NCBI GenBank assembly: GCA_017398595.1
Contig: JAFQFR010000020.1
Coordinates: forward strand, 9,196-73,195
Direction of reading: 5' to 3'
Source: Clostridia bacterium
Lineage (GTDB): Bacteria > Bacillota > Clostridia > Oscillospirales > CAG-272
Length of the DNA: 64,000 nt
Positions 27,441 through 37,700 of the stretch are shown piece by piece. Positions within the stretch are counted from its first letter, which is position 1. Every line of letters starts with the position of its first letter. The notes under the pieces were generated by a model. The model was given only the letters and a program-made list of their open reading frames with translations, had not been told where the DNA came from and ran no database searches. The translations under genes were made by a program, and so were the position numbers.

Positions 27441-27944
27441 ATGAAAACATATGAAACAGATCGCTGTGTAGTGACGTTTTTACAGGAAAACGACTTTTCA
27501 GAAGCACTGCGTTTGCTGACAGACAAGCAAATCCGCGCTTTTCTCGGAGGTCCGCTTGCCGAAGACGATGCCTACAGACGTCTGCGCTTTTGGACAGAAA
27601 ACACCGATAGCATTCACTATACTGTCAGATTACGGGAGACAAACGCGATGATGGGAATTATAGCCATTGCACCACATCACGATATGACAGTAAAAGAAAT
27701 ATCGTATCAATTTCTACCCGAATATTGGGGCAAAGGATATGCAACCGAAGTGTTGCAATGGACTCTGCGACATTGTTATAAAGATCTGCAACTGTCTTGG
27801 GTCGTATCCGAGACGCAAAGCGCCAACACGCGCTCCTGCAAATTATTGGAGCGTTTAGGCTATATATTAGACAGTGTCATAGTACGTTTTGATGCAGAAC
27901 AACGCATATACAAATACGATTTAGCCACCAATATTCTAAATTAA
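27441..27944 (+). CDS. GNAT-family N-acetyltransferase (RimJ/RimL-like)
   Basis: 167 aa with EYWGKGYATEVLQWTLRHCY (acetyl-CoA binding type). A GGAGGAG RBS lies upstream. Confidence 0.75.
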   Translation: MKTYETDRCVVTFLQENDFSEALRLLTDKQIRAFLGGPLAEDDAYRRLRFWTENTDSIHYTVRLRETNAMMGIIAIAPHHDMTVKEISYQFLPEYWGKGYATEVLQWTLRHCYKDLQLSWVVSETQSANTRSCKLLERLGYILDSVIVRFDAEQRIYKYDLATNILN

Positions 27945-27947
27945 CAC

Positions 27948-27990
27948 AAAGCACCGCACGACAAGTTTCCCTTACCATGCGGTGCTTTTT
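27948..27990. terminator. Convergent-gene terminator (GNAT gene and ABC operon)
   Basis: aaagcaccgca...tgcggtgcttttt. The stem is 11 bp and the loop is long. Confidence 0.5.
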
Positions 27991-27996
27991 ACAACC

Positions 27997-29748
27997 TTAC
28001 ATCCCCTTTAAAAAATCCTTCTTGCGCGACAGCTCTGCGTACAGGCCGTTTTGCTGCATGAGGGCATCGTGCGTGCCGCTTTCGGCAATGATGCCGCTTT
28101 GCAGGACATAAATGCAATCGCAGCTTCGGATGGTAGACAAGCGATGTGCAATGAAGATACAGGTGCGATCGCGGCTGATGCTGTCGATCGCCTTTTGCAG
28201 AATGCTTTCGGTGTGCGAATCGATGTGCGCGGTCGCTTCATCGAGTACAAGCACCGAGGGATTTTCGGCAATGGCGCGCGCAAAGGACAAGAGCTGCCGC
28301 TCTCCCGTGGAAAAGTTCACACCCTGCTCGTAGACCTTGTTTTCCAACCCCTCGGGCAGGCGCAAAAATTCACCGACCTGCGCCGTTTTGAGCGCGTCTA
28401 CGATCTCAGCATCCGTCAGCCCCGCCTGCATGTCGATATTCTCCCGCACCGTGCCGGTAAACAGAAATACGTCCTGCAAAACGGTCGCACAACTACGGCG
28501 CAGATCACGCAGGCACCAGTCGTTGATGTTCACGCCGTCGATCAAGATCTCGCCGCGCTGCGGCATGTAGTATCGGCTGATGAGCGAAATGATCGTGCTT
28601 TTCCCTGCTCCGGTCGCGCCCACAAACGCGGCTTTCTGCCCCGCTTTTATGTGGAAGCTGACGCCCCGCAGTACCCATTCATCGGGATTGTACGCAAACC
28701 AGACGTCGCGGAACTCAATATCGCCGATCACGCGTCCGCGCTGCTCGCCGCTTTCCATATCCTCGGTATCTTCGGTGTTGAGCACCTCGTTGATACGGTC
28801 CATCGAAACGAATGCGGACTGCACCGTGGTATACTTGTCGGCAAGGTCGTTGATCGGGGCAAAAAACTTGGTGACATAGGTGGTAAAGGCGTACAGCACA
28901 CCCACCTCGAGCACGCCGCCCGCAACGCGATTGTACGAAAAGGCAATGAGCAGCGCAATGACGAAGTTGTTGACGACTTCCATCGACGGGCGCAGGATCG
29001 TGTTAAAGAACACCTGCGTCATATTGGCGCGGTACAACTGCTGATTGAGCGCCTTAAACTCCTGCAGCTTCTCGCGCATGACCGAAAACGCATGGATCAG
29101 CCGCATGCCGCTGATGCTTTCGGCGATAAAGCCGTTCATCGCACCCGTCAGAGACTTGATCTTCTTGTGATTCTCTTTGACCACGCGCTTGATCGAAAAC
29201 GCAATGGCGCAAATGATCGGAATGCCGATAAACGCGATCACCGCAAGGTTTGCATCGACGGCAAACATCGCAATGACGATGCCGATCAGCAAAAATATAT
29301 CCTTGAACAGGTTGATAAACACGTCCGAATAAAACTCGTTGATGGTTTCCACATCGTTGGTCGAACGGGTGATGAGCCTGCCCGTGCCGTTGTGATCCAA
29401 CTCGCCGAGCGACATGTGCAGGATCTTGTCAAACACCTCGGAGCGCATCTGATACAGGATGCTCTGCGACACGCGGGAGATCAGTCGGCTCTCGTACATG
29501 TTGCAGAGCGAACCGATCACCTGCAGCAAGAAATAAACCATAGCAACGCCCGCGATCGAATAAAGCCCGCGGCTCTCTGCCCCGCCCTTGAGAAAATCGT
29601 CAATAATGATCGCGGTGAGCAAGGGATTGATCAATTCCGCGACATTGGCGATGATGACATTCACGCCGCAGAGGACAAACTTGCCCTTGTACGGCAGCAT
29701 CCACGAGATCAAGCCTTGGATACCGCCGATATGCTTCTTAGTTTGCAT
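27997..29748 (-). CDS. ABC exporter, fused permease/ATPase (type 1 exporter half-transporter)
   Basis: Start trimmed to MQTKKHIGG at 29748. Six-TM N-terminal domain, Walker A GATGAGKST, signature FSTGERQ and Walker B LVLDEAT. Confidence 0.9.
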   Translation of the reverse strand: MQTKKHIGGIQGLISWMLPYKGKFVLCGVNVIIANVAELINPLLTAIIIDDFLKGGAESRGLYSIAGVAMVYFLLQVIGSLCNMYESRLISRVSQSILYQMRSEVFDKILHMSLGELDHNGTGRLITRSTNDVETINEFYSDVFINLFKDIFLLIGIVIAMFAVDANLAVIAFIGIPIICAIAFSIKRVVKENHKKIKSLTGAMNGFIAESISGMRLIHAFSVMREKLQEFKALNQQLYRANMTQVFFNTILRPSMEVVNNFVIALLIAFSYNRVAGGVLEVGVLYAFTTYVTKFFAPINDLADKYTTVQSAFVSMDRINEVLNTEDTEDMESGEQRGRVIGDIEFRDVWFAYNPDEWVLRGVSFHIKAGQKAAFVGATGAGKSTIISLISRYYMPQRGEILIDGVNINDWCLRDLRRSCATVLQDVFLFTGTVRENIDMQAGLTDAEIVDALKTAQVGEFLRLPEGLENKVYEQGVNFSTGERQLLSFARAIAENPSVLVLDEATAHIDSHTESILQKAIDSISRDRTCIFIAHRLSTIRSCDCIYVLQSGIIAESGTHDALMQQNGLYAELSRKKDFLKGM

Positions 29749-31459
29749 GGTCCACCTCCGCCTGCTCGTTGTATGCCGCGGCATAGCTGCCGCCCTTTGC
29801 CATCAGTTCATCATGCGTGCCGCGCTCGGTGACAACGCCGTTATCCATATACAAAATCAGGTCGCAATCCTTGATCGCGGACAGGCGGTGGCTGATGATG
29901 ATCGCGGTCTTCTGTTGCAAAACGCCGTCCAGATTGGCGATGATCTTCTCCTCGGTGATATTGTCCACCGCCGAGAGCGTGTCGTCCAAAAAGAGCATCT
30001 CGGGATCGCGCACCAGCGCACGCGCAAGGGAGATACGCTGCTTTTGTCCGCCGCTGAGACGCGTGCCGCGCTCGCCGACGGCGGTCTCGTAGCCATCCGA
30101 AAAGTGCAGAATATCCGCGGCAACATCGGCAAGTTCGGCGGCGCGCTCGACCTGCTCCTTGGAACTGCCCGAATAGAAAGAAATATTGCCGCTGACCGTG
30201 TCCGAAAACAAAAAGCCGTCCTGCATGACATAACCCGTGCTGCGGCGAATGTTCGCCGCGGGAATATCGCAGATGTCTTTGCCGCCGATGAAGATAGAAC
30301 CGCGCGGCGGTTGATAAAACTTGAGCAGCAGGCTGAGCAATGTGGTCTTTCCACAGCCCGTGGTGCCCGCAATGCCGAGCTTTTGCCCCTGCTTTAAGGT
30401 AAAGCTGACGTCCGACAGCGCATCTTCCTCGGCATCGGCATATCGAAACGTCAGATTTTTTACTTCAATATCACCCGATACCGCTTCGGTGAATTCCAAC
30501 TCCTTTTGCGGGATGGACGGCTCATCCATGATGGTTTTGATACGCTTGTAGCTTGCTACGCCGCGCTGTACATTGTTGATGATCTTGCCGAGCTGCAAAA
30601 CAGGCGTCTGCACGAGCGCAAGGTAATTCAAAAATGCCGCCAGATCACCGACCGTGATGCTGCCCGCCAGCACAAGGCTGCTGCCGTAGATAATGCTGAT
30701 CAGATAGCTGCATCCGAAAATGATGCTGACCGTGGGCGAAATGAGCGACGATGCGTTGACCAGCTTCACATTGGCATCGCGCATATCATCGGAGATTGCA
30801 TTAAATGCATCGTGCCGCTCCTCCTCGCGGGCGAACGTCTTGATGACCTTGATGCCCATGATCGACTCATTGACAAATCCCGAAATGCCCGAAAACAACT
30901 GCTGCACGCGGGTAAAGCGGCGGCGCACCAACTGTCCGAGCAGGATCAGGCAGGCGACCGCAAACGGTACCGGAATCAGCGCAAAAAATGCCAGCCGCGA
31001 GTCCACCTCATCCACCATCGAAAGGATGGAAAACAGCGCGGTCAGAATACCGTTAATGCCCAGTGCCAGCACCGAGCCGAACGCCATACGCACCGCGTTG
31101 GTATCGCTGATCACATAGGACAAAAGATCGCCCGAGCGTCTGCGCTCAAAGAATTCCTCGGGCAATGACTGCAGCTTGGCAAAGAACGCCGTGCGCAGAT
31201 GCCGCTCCAAGCGTCTGCCGTTGCCGATGACGCACATACGCCAGATGAACACCGAGCAGAATACGCCCACCGCTGTCAAAAACAGCTTGAGCGCGATGGC
31301 ATAGAGATCCGCCGCATCCGTGGCAGTCAGATCCGAAAGCATGTCGATAGCATTGCCGAGTATATTCGGTATACCGGTCTTGAGTCGGGCGCCAACAAAC
31401 AAAAACAGCATGCCCGGCAGATACCACCAGCCGTATTTCTTAAAAAAGTCCTTTAGCAT
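29738..31459 (-). CDS. ABC exporter, fused permease/ATPase (partner half-transporter)
   Basis: 573 aa with GTTGCGKTT, LSGGQKQRISLARA and MLFLDDTLSAVD. Overlaps the downstream half-transporter by 11 nt, so they probably form a heterodimer. Confidence 0.9.
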   Translation of the reverse strand: MLKDFFKKYGWWYLPGMLFLFVGARLKTGIPNILGNAIDMLSDLTATDAADLYAIALKLFLTAVGVFCSVFIWRMCVIGNGRRLERHLRTAFFAKLQSLPEEFFERRRSGDLLSYVISDTNAVRMAFGSVLALGINGILTALFSILSMVDEVDSRLAFFALIPVPFAVACLILLGQLVRRRFTRVQQLFSGISGFVNESIMGIKVIKTFAREEERHDAFNAISDDMRDANVKLVNASSLISPTVSIIFGCSYLISIIYGSSLVLAGSITVGDLAAFLNYLALVQTPVLQLGKIINNVQRGVASYKRIKTIMDEPSIPQKELEFTEAVSGDIEVKNLTFRYADAEEDALSDVSFTLKQGQKLGIAGTTGCGKTTLLSLLLKFYQPPRGSIFIGGKDICDIPAANIRRSTGYVMQDGFLFSDTVSGNISFYSGSSKEQVERAAELADVAADILHFSDGYETAVGERGTRLSGGQKQRISLARALVRDPEMLFLDDTLSAVDNITEEKIIANLDGVLQQKTAIIISHRLSAIKDCDLILYMDNGVVTERGTHDELMAKGGSYAAAYNEQAEVDHAN

Positions 31460-31530
31460 CGCAGTCTCCCACAGTCTCGATCGTAAAAATCCGTATACCT
31501 TATTTTAACATATTCTGCTTAGGAAAGCAA

Positions 31531-31566
31531 GTAACCGTGCGTTACAAAACCACAACCGTGCGTTGT
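31531..31566. promoter_or_regulatory. Two 15-bp palindromes sharing an AACCGTGCGTT core, 21 bp centre to centre, upstream of the ABC operon promoter
   Basis: gtAACCGTGCGTTac (31531-31545) and acAACCGTGCGTTgt (31552-31566). The minus-strand candidate promoter TTGCTT-17-TAAAAT lies immediately downstream toward 31459. Confidence 0.5.
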
Positions 31567-31569
31567 AAC

Positions 31570-31725
31570 AAGTATTTATAATAAAATCTTGTTTTAAAGA
31601 CGGACATGCGCAACCTAAAGCTGCGCTTTAGCTAGCTTTAAAACTCCTTGAAAACCGCGCCCGGTGAGGGCGTCGCGAGACTTGCGGTTTTGCTTTCTGT
31701 CGAAAAACCTTGGTTTTTCGACAGC
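31570..31725 (+). repeat. Structured intergenic repeat, copy A (three-hairpin element)
   Basis: Near-identical to the reverse complement of 43016-43151, apart from an approximately 20-nt internal indel. Stems are GTTTTAAAG/CTTTAAAAC, AAAACCGC/GCGGTTTT and GTCGAAAAACC/GGTTTTTCGAC. Confidence 0.85.
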
Positions 31726-31730
31726 TTCAA

Positions 31731-31763
31731 AAAAAGGTGCTCAACCGTGTTGAGCACCTTTTT
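31731..31763 (-). terminator. Terminator of the giant surface-protein gene
   Basis: aaaaaggtgctcaa-ccgtg-ttgagcaccttttt, with a T run on the minus strand. Confidence 0.8.
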
Positions 31764-31771
31764 GATCGTAT

Positions 31772-34700
31772 TTACTTTTCCAGATTTACGCAATAGCGCT
31801 GGAAGAGCGTCGCTACTTCGGCGCGAGTCGCATTGCTGCTCGGGTCGAAGACCTTATTATCCTTGCCCTGCATCAAGCCGTGCATCGTCATGTAGCATAC
31901 GGACTCATATGCCCAATCGGAGATCTCGGCACGGTCGGTGTAGTCGAGCAAGAACATCCACATGCCGGTGAAGCCGCCGCCATTCTTCTGAATGTAGCGG
32001 TACAGCATCGTTGCCATCTGTTCGCGGGTGATGCTGTCATCGGGCGCGAAGGTCGTCGCGTCATAACCCTGTACGATCCCCTCGGATGCCGCCCAGCGAA
32101 TAGCCTCGGCATACCATGTATCCTGATCCACATCCTCAAACCGCATCAGATAGTTGACCACGGGACTGCCCTCAAAGCGCCACAGCATCGTCACAAACAT
32201 CGCGCGGGTCGTCTCTGCACCGGGCATGAAAAGATCATCGGAGCATCCGACCATCAGACCATTGTCGAGGCAGTAATGCACGCCGTCGTGGTACCATTCA
32301 GATCTGTCGAGGTCGGTATAGCCGTACATCGGGCAGGTATTGTCACGCGGGCAAACCTTGACGGTCGCCTTGAACGTCACTTTGATATTGACCTTGCCGG
32401 TCGGCTGCTTGAAGCTGTACGTGCCGTCACCTTTGTCCGTAACAGTTACGGGATCGCCGTTTTTGTCGGTAACAATGATCTCGTCAACCTCATAGCCTGT
32501 ATCGGGAGCGGGGGTAACGGTTACAGTGTCGCCCTTTTCGGGTTTTGCGGGAGTCACGGTCACGTCACCGTTATCGCCGCTATCCACAGTGGGAGGATAG
32601 GTGGTAGTAGTAGACGTATTGCTCGAAACGTAGACACGGGTCCACTTTGCATAAAACGTCTTCGCACCGGTATCCGAAGCGGTGATCTCCGTTACGGGAG
32701 TACCCGTGCAGGCTTCGTTATCGTACCAGCCATCGAAGCTGTAACCGCTTCTCTTGACATTGGTCGGAAGTGTCGCGCCGATACCGTACGTGTACTCGGT
32801 TACATTGCCATCGCGGACCGTGCCGCCGTTTGTAACAAGCGTGACGGAGTAGGTATCAGCCGTCCACTGCACATAAAGGGTAACTTCACAGCCGCCGTTG
32901 CCATTGTCATCGGCAAACGTGAAGGTGTCGCCGCCGCTGTAGCTGTCGCCGCTGCCGTCAGCCTTCGTGTTCCAGCCGGCAAAGGTATGGTATACCCGGC
33001 TCGGCTGATTCGAGGACACCGTGATTGTCACTCCGCCGGTGTAATGGCTACCCGGAGCGTTTTCGCCACCGTTTGCATCATAGGACAGGGTGTTGGCTGC
33101 ATGAAGGATCTTGACATTCTGTGCCTTTTCGCCGACAGCAACGGATTCTGTTACGGTGATGCCGACATTGTCTTTGAGCGAAGCGGTCACCGCTACTTTA
33201 TATGTACCGCCGTCGGAGACGTTGCCGTCCAAACGCAAGACCGCATCGGTTGCACCGTCGATCGGTGTGCCGTCCTTATACCACTGATAGCTGTAATCCA
33301 GTACCTCGTCATTTCTGTTGCTGACTGTTGCCGTCAGGATACGGGTGGAATTACCGGGAACATAGTACTGGTAAGTGTCCGAGATCGCACCGGGTACTTC
33401 CAATGTGATCTTTACAGTCGGCGCAAGAACCTTTCGCTGTACAAACAGCGTATGATCTCCCGCAGTTTCAACAACTGTCAGCTTGCTGATCTTCGTATCC
33501 GTAACATTGCCGCTTTCATCCACCAGATACCAGTTGCTGTCACCGCCGGACAGACCGGTGATCGCAGAGGACGGGAGCTTGCCGTACTTCTCACCGAATG
33601 TTACGGTGATGGGATCGATCGCCGCACCGCCGTTTGCGTTAAACGAAACTGTGTAGGTGTTGGGGCTTACTGTCAGCGTGCCGTCCTGCAAAGTGAACGT
33701 GTAATTGTCGCTGACATCCGTTTCTTCAGAGTCTTTGACCACAGGCGTGCCGGAGATCGTGATGGTGTAAGTGCCTTCTGCGGTAAGATCGGCATCGGCG
33801 CATACCGCCGTGATACCGCTGACCTTAGGACCATCCTCTTCATCGTAACTTTCATCCCAACCGGTGACGGTGTAGGTGTATTCCGGTGCACTGCCGCCCA
33901 CGCTTACGCTCTTGTTGTCTGCCGTGATCGTCAGAGGACGCTTGGCAACCTCGTATGTTACAGAGGCGGTTACGCCATTGTAGGTGATGGAAGCCGTGTA
34001 AGTTCCCGCATTCACAGGATCTGCACTGTACACAATGTCCTCGGAATCAAGCGAGATCTGATCTGTGTATCCGTAGAGAGAAGCGGTATGCCACAGCCCC
34101 TCTGTATAAACAGCATCCTCGGGCGCAACGATCTGTACAAGCGCCACTTTTCCGTCCTTGGGACAGTTATCCTTGGTACAGGTAGCAAAGATAGTGTCGT
34201 TTTCGGTGATGGTCGTACCCAGCGTATAACCGCTTTCGTCAAAGACATGGACGTGCTCCAGCACCGTGAGTCCGCCGGAGATGGGATTGAAGTCGTAATT
34301 GTCGGCAGTCATTCCGTCAGTGTTGACTTCGATGAAGTAATACCCCTCTTTGGACATATCCGGCGTCTCATCATAGGTCAGCACGGGTGTGCCCGTGATG
34401 CCTGCCGTTTCCGCCGTCTCACCGTTTACAAATCCGGTAACAGTGTAGGTAGGCGTGGGGCAATCGTCGCCCACTTCGGCAAACAGATCGTCTGCCGTAA
34501 CGTCCAGCAATACTTTCTCAACGGTTGCTTCCACACAGGCGGGAGTGCTTTCATCGTTGTCGCCCAACGCCTTGTACCACACGTAGTAGGTACCGGCATT
34601 CGTTGCTGTGGGGATGTCGGTGCTCCAGCCGTCCGTGGGAGCAGTTTCGCCGTTATTACTCAGTGCATACTGCATCACGCCGCTGTAAGCAGTGCCGGCA

Positions 34701-37700
34701 GTGACAAGCGCCTGAGACTGTCCGGAGTAAGTAGGATATTCCGGATAAGGTTCTTCTTCCACCTCAGTAGCGAGAACAACATTTATCTTCTCCTCCCACA
34801 CCACATAGTAACTGACCGTCGGAGAATTACCGATCGCCACATCCAGTTCCACGATATCTGCGGCAAGATCGTACGCTTCAAAAACGGAAAATACTGCCTG
34901 CACAAGATTCGTGTTAAAGTTAATGTCATACGACGTATCTTTGCCGAAATTGATAGCTACGGGTATACAAGTCCCCGAAGAATTAAATATCAGCAAGTCT
35001 GTGGGGCCGAATTCCGTCATATTCTCGCCTTTGACCGTAATGATCAGAGGATGCTCTGTGCTGACGGTAAATGTCTTGGTATCGGCGTCGTATGCGGAGC
35101 TGTCGCTGTTGAACGTCACACTCGTGATCTTCGGCACAGCGTATTCCCCGGTATCTTTCACCACATCGTAATATCCGGTTTCCTTGTTATATACAGCACC
35201 GTATCCATCGGCTACCCATTCACCCGGGTGGACTATGAAGGAACCGCCAGTGATGGAGCAAGCGGCGTCAGGTTGGACTGTAACTACATTCTTGAAGGTG
35301 CCGCCGCTGATATTCAGCGTACCGCTAAATGCCCCAACTACACCTTCAAAAATACCGTCCTCGATCTTTGCCGTATTATTAAATGCCAGATACGGCTGGA
35401 AAACTCCGTCTCCAGCGGTATCTACGATGGTCAGCTGGCTATATGCCACAAACTGAGAGAAACCATTTTCTTCTGCGTCAATTACTTTTTTTCCGTTCAG
35501 GTCCAGGGTGAACACGCCGGAGTTGACCGTAAAGTCATATAGCGTAACGTCTTTCAGCAGCTTCAGAACCGCGTTATCCTCTGCGCTCGCATTTTCCAGC
35601 GCGGTCACAGCACTCTCAAGATCGGCGTAGAGCGTCGTCGTGCCGTTGGCGGTCACGGAAGCAGCCGCGTTATCGAGCGTGAGCTCCTTAAAGACTGCTG
35701 TCACAGTGACGTTGCCGGCAGGCATGGTGAAGGTGTACTCGCCGTCCTCGCCCTTGGTGGCGGTCACAGGGGTCTCGCCCTGCTTAACCGTCAGCGTATC
35801 CGGTACATAGCCGCCATCCGGCACGACCGTCACAGTGACGGTAACCCCTGCGGCGGCAAAGTTTTTATCCGCCATGACGAAGCCATTGGTGATACTGTCA
35901 TCCACCGTAACGCTGTATCCGACAGCATACTTCACCGTCTTGGCAGGGGTAAAGTTAGCATAGTCATCCTCGGTGCCGATGGAGGTATAGTAAACGCCGT
36001 AGGCTTCAAAACTGCCGGTCACATAGTCCGCAGGCTCGCTGACAGCCACTTTGTCCGTGCCGATGCCGCTGTACGCTGCGATGGCAGCCGTATTGCCGCT
36101 GATCTCAACGGGGGTGCTGACGGTCAGCATCCCGTTCGTGAAGATGCCGCATAAGCCGCCGCTGATCTTTCCCACCGTCGCGTTTTCCGCAAAGGTCACG
36201 CCGCTGTCCGCGTAGATGCCATAGCCGTATTGAGAGCTGCCGGTTATATCGCCCACTGTACCGCTGATGGTCACGCCACCGGTCGCGAAGATGCCGCAAT
36301 CGTTACCTGTGATGTCACCGTCTACCGTGCCGCTGACGGTCACACTGCCTTCGGCGTAGATACCGAGGCTGCTGCCGGTGATGTCACCCATGGTGCCGCT
36401 GACGGTCACACTGCCGACCGCGCCGATGCCCTTGCCGCCGGTGCCGGTGATCTGATTGGTGCCGATGCCGTAAACAATGAGGTCGCCTTTAGCCTGGGTT
36501 CCGTCGTCGCCGCCGTAATAGATAGCGGCATTCTTATATCCCTTGCCCTCATAGGTGTAGTTGTTGAGGGTCAAGGTATTGGTGTCGGGGTCGTAGGTTG
36601 CCGTACCGCCGTTTGCATCGGTGATAGTCAGCTTTGCGGAGTTGAACTGCTCACCGCCGACCCACAGAGAATATTTTTCTCCCCAGATCGCATAGAGCGT
36701 TATATTTTCCGTTACGTCAACCGTAGTGGTTGTTATCGCTTCACCGTCAGCGCTCAGTGCCCAGCCTGCGAACGCTTTATCCGTAGGCGCGGTGAAGCCG
36801 TTTGCGGGGAGTGTGTATTCGCCCGAAACGTCGGGTACATCATCCATCGTGCCCGTACCGCCGTTTGCGTTAAAGGAAACGGTGTAAGTAGTCGCGGGCG
36901 CCTTCGCCTCAAACACAGCTGTCAAATTGCGGTCAGCACTTGCCGTGAAGGCATAGCTTGCATCGGTGCTGACAGCACTGTCGTTTTCCGTCCACTTGAC
37001 GAAGGTATAACCGTCATTTGCAGTCGTCGTAACGGTAACGGACGCGTTTTCTTCGTACGTGCCGCTGCCTGTAACTGTACCGCCCTCTGCGGGAGATGCG
37101 GTGACGGCTACGGTGTAGGTGGTGGGTTTGGGGTCAGAACCGCCCTCGTTGAAATATTGCGGTGTGGCAGACGCATCGTGATAGACCACCTTACCGTCAA
37201 ACACCGGTGTCTCATGTGTCTTGAGCGTCTGATACCATACCAAATCATCCCCCTCGGATGTAGAACCGTTCAGGAGATAGCATACTTCGCCCGATGCAAA
37301 CTCCTCGGCGGTCTTACCTGTGACGCCGTTATAATCTGCATCTCCGACTGCGCCGTATGATGCGCCTGTTGTGTTATAATAGCAATTTGTCGCCGTTCCG
37401 CTTAAGTAACCGGCAAAATTTCCGAAAGCCCAATTGGAGATTGTGCCTGTTACAAGAATATCGCCATAGTTGTAACAATTCGTAATCGAGCCTGCAAAAG
37501 AACCGACCAAACCGCCGACTTGATTACTACTCGAATTGCTTCCCGATATAATTATGTCGCCGAGACTATAGCAATTTTCAATAACAGCATCACCGCTGGA
37601 TGTGCCGCTTCCTCTTCCGACAATACCGCCAAGAGGATTTCGGTTGGTTGAAACCCACACAATATCGCCTGTATTAACACATTTTTTGACAGTGGAAGCA

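Noticed and set aside
26881-31459. An intact prophage or genomic island integrated at ssrA.
   Set aside because: No integrase, excisionase or phage/conjugation gene follows the att-like repeat, and no third att copy was seen in the window. Only a scar-level claim is made.
31648-31971. A small ORF beginning MKTAPGEGVARLAVL is present in both repeat copies (31648 plus strand and 43092 minus strand), which raised the possibility of a conserved micro-protein.
   Set aside because: The similarity ends exactly where the DNA repeat ends, and the downstream sequences are unrelated. There is no RBS, and the conserved part coincides with hairpin stems. It is an artefact of the repeat.
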